From a virus (lineage: Duplodnaviria; Caudoviricetes), in IMG/VR virus record IMGVR_UViG_3300005937_000004, positions 1-64,000 of that record: a stretch of DNA of 64,000 nucleotides. The stretch is one strand, 5' to 3'. Shown piece by piece: positions 55,281-64,000 of the stretch (position 1 is the stretch's first letter; every line of letters begins with the position of its first letter). Position numbers and translations under genes: made by a program. Under the pieces are notes generated by a model that saw only the letters and a program-made list of their open reading frames with translations, was not told the DNA's origin and did no database searches.

Positions 55281-55894
55281 CAGATCTTGCCAGTCTCCTT
55301 AAGCCAATCACGAAGACCCTTGGCTTCTTCGTAGGCCTTGATGTTTTCCCCACAATTAGGACAATGGTCGATATGCCCTCTGACGGGACCTGTAGGTTGC
55401 TCCAGGATCGTGTCGACCTGGCCGTTGGTTAGAGCCGGATAGCGTTTTACTATCGATTCACTGAGAGGACGTTTGCGAACCTTTCCTGTGGTCGTAAGTC
55501 CCTTGGCCAAGTTCTTTTGGCGCAGCTTGGCATTGTATGCTCTCTTTTTCGCCAATGCCTCTATATGTTCAGGCGTTCGAATGAGTGTTGCGGTGATGCC
55601 AGGTCTGGGGCCCCTGTAGCTTTTACGCAAACGCATTTTACGCGGTTTACCTGATGAGGTTAATCCGCGCATGATATTGGCTTCACGCCTTTTGGCTGCA
55701 TAGGACTTGATCCGTCCGGATCGAGCCAGACTCATTTGTGGTTCTTGACCTATTGTGGCTGCCCAGCTGCCCTTCCATTTGCCGATGTGATTGCCTTTGA
55801 TGTGGTTGATCACCGCTGGGACATACAGGTTGCTGTAGTCACAGAACGGACACTTGGTTACTTTACTTGGTGCATTTTTCAGTTTGGTTTTCAT
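55280..55894 (-). CDS. Basic protein with a C2H2-like finger and two repeated basic motifs
   Basis: CPFC...HIKGNH; NIMRGLTSSGKPRK and NLAKGLTTTGKVRK; C-terminal CPNC. Confidence 0.65.
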   Translation of the reverse strand: MKTKLKNAPSKVTKCPFCDYSNLYVPAVINHIKGNHIGKWKGSWAATIGQEPQMSLARSGRIKSYAAKRREANIMRGLTSSGKPRKMRLRKSYRGPRPGITATLIRTPEHIEALAKKRAYNAKLRQKNLAKGLTTTGKVRKRPLSESIVKRYPALTNGQVDTILEQPTGPVRGHIDHCPNCGENIKAYEEAKGLRDWLKETGKI

Positions 55895-57654
55895 TCTTCA
55901 GTTTGCTTTCTAGTTTGTGGTTTCAGTTTCTCTATCAGTTCTGGGGGTGGGGGAGCATGAGATATCCGCCCAATAGCCAGAGCGGTTTCGTCTGACATAT
56001 TGGGCTCGACCATCTTCAACCTGGTTGGTACAACGATGGTCATATCGCATTCATCACAGCAACGCCCCTCTTTCACTGGTTGTGCGTTGTTGCCGTGTTT
56101 CCAGCCAGGCTTTTCTATTGGTTTACCGCATATGCAGCAGTCCATATTAGAATACCCTTCCTGTTGGATGTTTTTTCCAGTAGGCGTTAGCGATCGCTTT
56201 CCCCTCTGGTGTTTCGAGCCATTGAGCGTGTTCATCAAAGAACCTCTGGGCTATTGCCATCTCGTGTGCACGAGCTGCTTTGATTTTGACCGGGTCATTG
56301 GTATAAACAACGTTCTCGGCTCCTTTACTGTGGTTCTCCAGTGGGAACGTGTTAGGTCCGTGCACGAAGAACTGTTGTGGACTACTACCGCCAAGGACAG
56401 TGAATACCGTACCTGCGGCGCATTTCTTGAGACCATGTTGCCAGAGAATTGCTTCTGCGTATTCCTGGCCGCTTTTATCGATCGATACCACGCCCATGGT
56501 TAGTTGCGGTACCGGATCGTCTTCTGGCCATTTACACCAGAACAAATGAAACCCGTCATTCGCGTCTGTGTCCGGTGTAAATTTGGTGTATTCCAATTCA
56601 ACCATCCACGAGTAGAACCCGGGTCGCATTAGCAGACACACGTAATTACGTCTGTCCGGTTTAGAGCATTCTCTTATGATCTCATCTTTTGTTGCTGGCG
56701 ACTCGTTGTTCACGTTTTACCCTCTCCATGTTTGGGTCCCTTGGGATGTGAACCAGAGCCCCGCCAGTGGGCACTTTCGGTCTATTGGGCGCTAACTGAA
56801 CGCGAATTTCATCTTCGAACTCCGGCGCATGCCGTCGAACGACCATGATCGCTTCATCCAATGTTTTTACCCATTGATACATCAAATCATCGACTTCCTT
56901 GTGAACGGTTGTCAGATGTCCGATGCCAACGTAGTAACCACGGTCTTGCAGATGGTTTTCACACACCCGAACCGTAGTCCACCGGTAGCGTCGATCTCCT
57001 CTCCTTTCTCTATCACTTGCATAGGCGAGTTCGATGCCAGGGAAAGACACCTCCCTCCTGCCTGTATGCTGCAGTGTTATCATTGTGCTCATGTTTTTAT
57101 TCTTCCTTATGTTTAAGTTCCTGTAACGACCGAAGATCTCCATCAAGATCCGCATCATCGAATCCTTTGGCGATCGCTTCACCAAAGTTACCTTCCAGCG
57201 GTTTATTGTCGATGTGTTCTTCCCATTCGGCTATTTCTGGTGGCCGATCTGGATACCGCACTAGCCTGCCACACATGAAATTGGATTGGCACTCCTTATC
57301 CACTACTAATGCCATCACAATTTCAACTCTGTCTGGATCATCTGCAGGACGAGGGATGACGCCTTCACGCATGGCTTTAATCACATCATCCTTGGTTAAT
57401 CCTTCACCTCTTTCTGGAGGTGACTGCCAGGCTGTGGCGGTAAACCAGACCCAGTCAGGGTTGGTCACCTGAATTGATTTGTATATCACCTGAGCGCACA
57501 ATCGTTTCTGTTGATCGTCTTCCATTAGATCCAGGAACATAATTGCGCATTCGTGGTTTTTATACAGATGCAATATCGGTGGCCAATCCCCGTCTGGCTC
57601 CAGTGTTACGCCGAAATCCTCAATAATCTGCTGGACTTCATATGGCGTGAGCAT
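55891..57654 (-). other. Four hypothetical ORFs
   Basis: 55891-56238, 56147-56713, 56682-57185, 57097-57654. Confidence 0.55.
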
Positions 57655-58046
57655 CAGTGGTGATGGTGGGTATGCGATGCCCCGGCGAATGCCATGGCAT
57701 GCTGGACATGGTGCACCAGCGAGATCACCTTGGCTTTCAGCGCTGCCGTCACATCCCTCAGGAAGTTTTCAGCATTCGCGTGGTTCGGGCCACTGATGAT
57801 CCCTGGCACATCAAATTTGATTTTGCCATCTTTCATGATGTCCACTTTGATCAAGTCCTTCGTGAAGGGCTTGGTCAGCTCCAATTGCCAGCGGCCTTTC
57901 TCTTTCACCAGCCAACCGAATTTCTCGGCCTGCTTTTTGATGATCTTTTTGCTTTCGATCCGCTTTGGCGATTTGGGTTTCGATTTTGGTTTGTCCTTGG
58001 GCTTGATCCGCTCCCTCTGGACAACTCTCATTGTTGCGCAGCTCAT
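57654..58046 (-). CDS. DUF2997-like small partner of the AAA ATPase, His-rich tail
   Basis: IKVDIMKDGKIKFDVPG pattern; adjacent to the Ycf46-like ATPase. Confidence 0.45.
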   Translation of the reverse strand: MSCATMRVVQRERIKPKDKPKSKPKSPKRIESKKIIKKQAEKFGWLVKEKGRWQLELTKPFTKDLIKVDIMKDGKIKFDVPGIISGPNHANAENFLRDVTAALKAKVISLVHHVQHAMAFAGASHTHHHH

Positions 58047-58048
58047 GG

Positions 58049-59686
58049 CTATCCTTTCTTGCCGAACAAGCCTTTGTGTTCTACTGGCGGAGTCGGCTTC
58101 GGTTCAGGGTTTGGAGTGAACGTGTAGACCCCTGGGTGCTGGGTTGAGACGTATTTTCCAGACGCGTTTTTACGCATCTTATCTACGCCAGTTCCCATGG
58201 CATGACTGACGATGGTCATGTATTTACAGGAGTCTGTGAGGCTGATATTAAACTCATGCGATTTCTCGCAGGCCACTTCGATCTCAGCTCCGGTCCATCC
58301 GTTATCATCTGGCCGAGTGTGATGATGAAGGTTGAACTTCTTCATGTAGATCTGCCAGATCCTCTCTTTCTCTTCCTGGGTAGGCAGATCGCCAAACCAG
58401 ATCCCATGCTTAAACCTCCGTTTGAGCTCTGGCCTCAGGATCGAGATATCGTTACAGGTGGCAACAAAGAACACTCTGTTGCCGCCCATGGCTTTGATCA
58501 CCTTCACGAATGACCGCATCCGGGCCTCTGAACTGCCGACCCAGATATGTTTCATTGCGCCAAGATCCGCTTCTACGGTCAACGCTCCGGCTTCACCGCC
58601 GAACGCTTTACTCAACTGCGATTTGCCGGTGCCAGGAAAACCGTAGATGATCAAGCCGGTCCAGAAGTTGTTCTGCATTTCGGTCAAGAGAACCTTCAGC
58701 TGGTCAGTGGTGACACCGCTTGTGTCGGTGCCCGCTGCAGCCATCGATTTCTCGATCTCATCCAGAAACACTACTAGAGCCGGTTTACTACCGCTTCTGG
58801 CGATCCTGCGCAGGTAATCCTTGATATTGTCGTTCCCGCCGATGTCGTCAAACGTCGGCCCGCTACGGTGGATTTTAAGGCCCACCGATGATTCGATCTT
58901 GGCGATCTTACGATCCCAGAGTTGATCCATGTCGACTACGGTCTTGCCGCGACGACCTTTGCTGATCGACATCCGGATGATCTGCTCGATCGCAAACGGA
59001 GCTAGTCCAGAAGTGGCATCCACTATTGCTGGCATCGTTTTACGAGTCGGTTTGCGTACTCCGCAGCTGACGAACGTCTTGGTGATGATCGATTCCAGCT
59101 CTTTATCTCTGGGAAGCTGTTCATCCAGAATGATGATATCATGCTGGAGTTCATCCGGGATATGGTATGTCGGAGCGAAGAGCACCAGCATACTTTTGCG
59201 TTTCCGGAAGTGATCGCGAACGTTCCATATAGCTTGGATGCAAGGCGCTGCCAGAGCACCCGGAAGCATCTTGTCCGTAAACATGTGAGCGTTGCTCATC
59301 ACCAGAATGGTGTTTTCCGGAAGAGCTTTGACCTTCATCAACATCTCTACCGGATTACCGGTGGCCAGAACGGCGTTGATTGAGCCATCTGGCAACTGGT
59401 TCATTTTGTTAACAGCTTCAGTTGCCTGTGGAGTAATCGTGGTCGCTCCGTTAATGACGTCCCACTGCACGATCGGGTTGGATGGATACATTATCTTAAT
59501 CGCCCTCATCGTGCTGGCAGGATCAGGAGTGTTGATCGCCAGAAGTGGCACATTGGCGTTCTTGGCGACCGTAAACTGCTTGATCATGTTCCCATTAGTG
59601 ACTTGCATTGGTCCTTTCAGTTTTGAGTTTGTTGATTCCGATACCGAGACAGATACCGGCTGCCACGAACATGGCGTGATGGCCAA
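58049..59686 (-). CDS. Ycf46-like AAA+ ATPase
   Basis: TFDDIGGNDNIK; GFPGTGKS Walker A; GSSEARMR; RPELKRRF; WTGAEIE. Confidence 0.85.
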   Translation of the reverse strand: MAITPCSWQPVSVSVSESTNSKLKGPMQVTNGNMIKQFTVAKNANVPLLAINTPDPASTMRAIKIMYPSNPIVQWDVINGATTITPQATEAVNKMNQLPDGSINAVLATGNPVEMLMKVKALPENTILVMSNAHMFTDKMLPGALAAPCIQAIWNVRDHFRKRKSMLVLFAPTYHIPDELQHDIIILDEQLPRDKELESIITKTFVSCGVRKPTRKTMPAIVDATSGLAPFAIEQIIRMSISKGRRGKTVVDMDQLWDRKIAKIESSVGLKIHRSGPTFDDIGGNDNIKDYLRRIARSGSKPALVVFLDEIEKSMAAAGTDTSGVTTDQLKVLLTEMQNNFWTGLIIYGFPGTGKSQLSKAFGGEAGALTVEADLGAMKHIWVGSSEARMRSFVKVIKAMGGNRVFFVATCNDISILRPELKRRFKHGIWFGDLPTQEEKERIWQIYMKKFNLHHHTRPDDNGWTGAEIEVACEKSHEFNISLTDSCKYMTIVSHAMGTGVDKMRKNASGKYVSTQHPGVYTFTPNPEPKPTPPVEHKGLFGKKG

Positions 59687-62200
59687 GTTCGGTTACGCCG
59701 TCGAGTACCACCCCTATCGCTCCAAAGATGAAGGCCAGCATGAGCAAGCCCACGATGTGCACTTCGTTTTTCGGCTTCTCCGGTTGAACCGGCGGTTTAG
59801 GCTGGGGTGTCTGTAGGTGTGTCGGTAACTGCAGGTGTGTTGGTAGTTGTTGTTGGTTCATTTTGTCCTTCTGGTTTCTGTTGCTTGCGTTTTGCTCCGG
59901 GGAGAATGTCTTCTAACGTCGGTGCTGCTGACGTAAATTCGCCTGGCTTCAGTTTCCTGAAACCACGCGAGAGAATGAGGTACCGTTTCCCTTGGTACCG
60001 GATCACATCTCCCATCGATACTGACGGGAGTTGTTGCGGTTGGAAGTCGTTCTGACCGTGATATAAAATCAGGTCGAGTATGTTATCGACTTTTTGTCTT
60101 CCCTTTAGCTTTGCGTCCGGGACGTTGACGGTCCTTATTTTTCCGTTTTTGAACATTCGCAGTTCGACTTGGTATTTCATTTTTCCTTTCAGGTTTTGGG
60201 TTGTAGATCTTGCAGCATCCATCACATCCGTGTCCTCCATATTCACGGAATTCTCGATAGATCTGATAAGCTGCTGGTGCAGGATGTCCCACATTGTGTG
60301 GGCACACCCATTCGATTAATCCTGTCTCACGCTGAACCTGAGTCCAGCCTTCTGGAATCCCATTCAATTAATCACCTCCCTTCCAGGTTAATTGTTTAAG
60401 TTGCACATCAAACGTTCTGATCGCGCTCAGGTCCCAAATGCAACCCGACGCACAATCCCAGCCGTAATACCACATGTAATCCATGCGGCGCTCCCATAAA
60501 TATGGGGTGATTATGATTCCCTGCCAGCGTGGATAGACCTTGGTCCAATCGAGCCATCGGGGAGGACCATGCTCCCACGGCCCTAGACGCGCTTTAAACG
60601 CGTTATGGAACTTGTCCAATTCCTCCACATTGCGGATTAAAAGGACATTGGCGTCTGTCCACAGCTCTACCAGGTGCTCATAGACCAGACTATCGGTTCC
60701 CCAATCTTCACCGGTAGTCCAGGCCCGCCAGCCGAAGTCATCCTCATCTGACACCCACAACCCATTCGGCTTAAAATATGAGTCTCGATCTTTGATTGGA
60801 TAAACACGGTTGCGATCTAAAGTGATTATTTCTTTGCCGTGTTTGATCAATCTCATGATGGATTGCCGGATCGGAATGACTTCAGTATCTCAGTTTTCCA
60901 GAGCACCTCGTCTTTATCGCTGACCTTCTTCAGAGATCCCCGGATGCCTTCCAGGACGGCCTTGGCGAAGACCGCCTCATGAAGGGTGCCGACGTCTCTG
61001 GCTTGAATTCTGGTGGTGACGGAGCCATCGGGAACCTCCTCAATTGTTACTGTTATCTGGATAGCCATCCTTCTTCTCCTTCCTGACTACGACAGCGGTC
61101 AATTGATTCGGATCGTTGGTGTCTGTGCCCTCTTTCCTGTCGATCTCTTCGACAGTGTTGGCCAGATCTATCAGGAACTCTCCCATGATCCGGCTGACCC
61201 GTGGTCCAGGCTGAAACGCTTTGAGCGTCAGCATCAATAGGGTGCACATTTTCTGTTCATCTTCATTTGGGAGTTTCTTTGTCTTCATCACCAACCGGTT
61301 GATTACCGATCTCAATGCTGTGTCTCGCTCATCGCTCCACGCAGTGACTTGTTTTTCTCCTTCTTCTGGTTTCATTTTCATTTCAGTGTTTGTCCTTTGC
61401 TTGGGTGCCGGTTTATCCGGTCCTTTATAAAGTTAATAGCGTTGATTTCTACCGCCTCAAGAAACTCGTTGCTCACACGGTCGAATTTGTGAGCACGAGT
61501 CGCCTGGGCGTAATTGAGAGCTATGCGTTTAACGCATTCCCTCGAAGTGGCTCTGGTGGCCTTTCTGGCACGTTCCTTGGCATCCATACGTTTCTCTGCT
61601 CCAGGTTAATTGATCCACATGGTATAGACGCTTCATCAGGTCTTTATGGGTCTCCGAGCAACCAGGTTCGGTCAGGTACAGATAGTCTGATCCCTCCGTC
61701 TTCATTTCAATCAGCACCTGGACCGCATGTTCACACGCTTCCCTGAGTTGCGTATCTCCGTCAGCATACTCAATGCCACGGCTCATTGGATGCGCTGCGT
61801 GCCATCTCTGCTGCACCTTGGCCATGAACTCGTTCCCGTTGACTTTATTGGACCCTAACTCCGCTACCGCGAACCGACGCATGCCATCGGCTCTAGCCTT
61901 TCGGGATGACCATCCACGGTCATTCATTCTGATCCCGAAACTTACTACCTGATCATCTACACAGAATATAGGATGATCGTTGTATTCAATGTGATTGCAG
62001 GCTTTGCTCACAGCCTGTTGTACACAGAATGTGTTCAGATTGTTGCCTGCACCGTTTTCCAAACCTCCAGTGATGATGTTCAGCACCTTCTCAATAATGT
62101 CTTTTGTTATTTTCATATTTCCCTTCATTGTTGATTGTTTGGTTTGCCCTGGAGGGGGGTGGTGGCCTATTGTCACCCGGGCCACCTGCGGGGTATCCAC
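59595..62200 (-). other. Cluster of early-type hypothetical ORFs
   Basis: 59595-59861, 59797-60294, 60083-60367, 60368-60856, 60853-61068, 61040-61381, 61378-61587, 61529-62200. Confidence 0.55.
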
Positions 62201-62334
62201 CTCAATGTTTTTGCTTCAGGATGGCCAGAAGCAATCGGATATAACCGAGTGCGATCCGGCGCTGCCTTGATGTCATTTTCATTTTTAGGTTGCGGCAGAC
62301 GCTCATGCCGGTCTGCCAGCGGCTCTCCTTTTTA

Positions 62335-62616
62335 CTACCGGCGAATGGGCGAGGTAGTTGGCTTGTTTAGCCGTATGACCCGGCTGCCAAACGAATCCGA
62401 ACCGGAGATCTTTCCGGACACGCCGTTGCTGTAACGGAAGTATTGAGTCCCGAACGAATCCGGACCCGAAATCTTCCCCTTGAATCCATTAGGCCCACTG
62501 ACATAGCGAGCCCCGAAGGAATCAGGTTTACTGACTCTGTAGTCCTGGCCGACCGCGCATTTGGCTAGGATCACTCCAATTAAAGCTGCGATTGTGCAGC
62601 CGAGGAAGAACTTCAC
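62335..62616 (-). CDS. Exported small protein with three SxPDSFG repeats
   Basis: Signal-like N-terminus; SKPDSFG, SGPDSFG, SGSDSFG. Confidence 0.6.
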   Translation of the reverse strand: MKFFLGCTIAALIGVILAKCAVGQDYRVSKPDSFGARYVSGPNGFKGKISGPDSFGTQYFRYSNGVSGKISGSDSFGSRVIRLNKPTTSPIRR

Positions 62617-63213
62617 AGTTTCTCCTTTCGCTTAGCTTTCCGATTGCGGATCAGCTTGTAGACCCGCATACCGGCAGCGATAAGTGTAGCGAGTGCGAAC
62701 GCAACCGTTTCCACTTCATCCTGCTGGAAGTAAGGCCAATGCCGATGGATCTTCTTGATCCTGGTGGCCCGACGTTTTTTCTTACGAGGCTGAACAGCCT
62801 CTTGAGGTTGAGACATAATGTCCTCCTTTTGATTTCAGGTTTCTGTTACATTCGATGACCCTGAAAGGATCACCGACACATCAGCACTGGTTGCCCAATG
62901 CTGACGGTGTCGAGGATCAGTTGAGCCGATACTCTTCTGCGATCTTGTCGATCTGATGGTCAACCAGCGTTTTGACTGAGCTGGAGACCTCTCGCATGTT
63001 TGGAGGACCCTCTTTCTCTTGCCGGGTCTTGGGTGCCCATTTCAATATGATCTTGGTGAGCCCATCATTAGACTTCCAATACTCGGTGTAGTCACCAACG
63101 AAGCGTCCATCTTTGCCTCGTCGGTCGTACTCGCATTTTTTGTCACGGGAATACCGGACAAATCCTGCGGCACACAGGAGGGTTCTTACAATGCATCTTT
63201 CTTGTGTTGTCAT
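62613..63213 (-). other. Two small ORFs (62613-62816, 62917-63213)
   Basis: RBS-preceded ORFs in the ORF track. Confidence 0.55.
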
Positions 63214-63253
63214 GGTTTTTATTTCAGGTTTTGGTTTCTGTTGCTTCTAACAA

Positions 63254-63997
63254 TTAATCCCAGGCGCGATTGCGTCTGCGCTGTGCTGCTTCTCGCTGAT
63301 CAGAACTGACGTGAAGTTTCGCTTCAGCGTTGTGAACGCACTTGTGCCATCCCTTCAGATAGAGCGGCGCGTGATGACCAGATCTGCTATCCCAGATGTA
63401 TCCATGAGCGTAAGTTCCTTCCTGCCTGCCGCCGATATTGATGGCCGTTAACGCGACATGCGTGGTATTGCCCAGAGTTATCCTTTTGGCTTGTCGAGCT
63501 AACCTGGACAAATGCTTGGTCATTCGTCTTCCTGTCTTAACGAAGAACCATTCGCCCTGCCGTTGTGCATTGGCAGGCACCCCTTTCGGTCGCAGGACAC
63601 TGTGAGCTGACCGGATGGATTTAACTTTCTTGGGAAGCGGCGAGATGAAGTTCGCCGTTTCATCCATCCCAATTAAGAGGTGGTTCACGGTTCGGTTTGG
63701 GACTGTCGCTGTGACTCGCGCCCAGCAATGATAATATGGCGATCCACCATTGTACCTTTCGAATTTCTTCGTCCTGAACTTGTCTTCCGTCCACTGGGTG
63801 CCGAACGGCATCGTCATAGGGAAGTTGTTCCTGAACTGTTTTTCTAATCCTTTCAGGGTCGGTTCTTCATCAGCATACTGAGAGATTCGCACCGTTCTGC
63901 GGACCACTCTACTTCGTTCACGGATAGTGGCGGCGACCTGTCGATGTCTGACACTTCCGACCACTTCCACTCTGGCCGTGCCCTGATTGACGAGCAC
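63254..63997 (-). CDS. Hypothetical protein with RQGEWFF motif (start may lie outside the window)
   Basis: AQRQGEWFF...THVA...HAPL..GWH, related to 33439-33780. Confidence 0.65.
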   Translation of the reverse strand: MLVNQGTARVEVVGSVRHRQVAATIRERSRVVRRTVRISQYADEEPTLKGLEKQFRNNFPMTMPFGTQWTEDKFRTKKFERYNGGSPYYHCWARVTATVPNRTVNHLLIGMDETANFISPLPKKVKSIRSAHSVLRPKGVPANAQRQGEWFFVKTGRRMTKHLSRLARQAKRITLGNTTHVALTAINIGGRQEGTYAHGYIWDSRSGHHAPLYLKGWHKCVHNAEAKLHVSSDQREAAQRRRNRAWD

Positions 63998-64000
63998 GGT

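Noticed and set aside
44173-63231. AAACCTGAAA shortly upstream of four minus-strand starts (44173, 60187, 62833, 63222)
   Set aside because: It also occurs as coding Lys-Pro-Glu at gene ends and starts (e.g. 27202), so codon bias in A-rich leaders explains it equally well.
1-64000. Assigning a host (AlpA-like gene style and several hypothetical families hint at PVC-group soil bacteria)
   Set aside because: An impression only; it needs homology searches or spacer matches.

Overview
This is a 64-kb slice of a large tailed (siphovirus-like) dsDNA phage genome; no capsid, portal, integrase or polymerase gene lies inside the window. 1-24.6 kb (+ strand) holds tail, fibre and tape-measure genes, then a holin and a GH75-like lysin. 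24.6-27.4 kb (-) holds a Bet recombinase and small genes. 27.6-31.8 kb (+) is the replication module (initiator with palindromic iterons, primase-helicase). 31.8-49.7 kb (mostly -) is an accessory region and the most interesting part. 49.8-54.2 kb (+) holds lambda-type terminase, KH, SWIM and GT9 genes. 54.1-64 kb (-) holds small early-type genes and an AAA ATPase. Four signals stand out. (1) A RAMP/Cas7-like gene and a partner gene are followed by about 29 GGCAGGC-delimited units with 5-nt periodicity in three sub-arrays (45.1-48.3 kb). This fits what I recall of VIPR-type noncontiguous-guide systems, but the constant triplet here is strongly degenerate and the array is split by opposite-strand cassettes. 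(2) A DIP1984/DUF6847-like coiled-coil gene is flanked by tRNA-like elements and preceded by a predicted ncRNA made of a tRNA-like domain, ten 7-nt repeats and a multi-stem domain. This is the best candidate for an undescribed RNA-protein system. (3) All four tRNA-like elements have aberrant arms, one with a 59-nt structured insert in the anticodon loop. (4) TTGACA sits exactly 14-15 nt before the start codon of at least 7 genes on both strands. Family assignments come from motif recognition by eye, not database searches.
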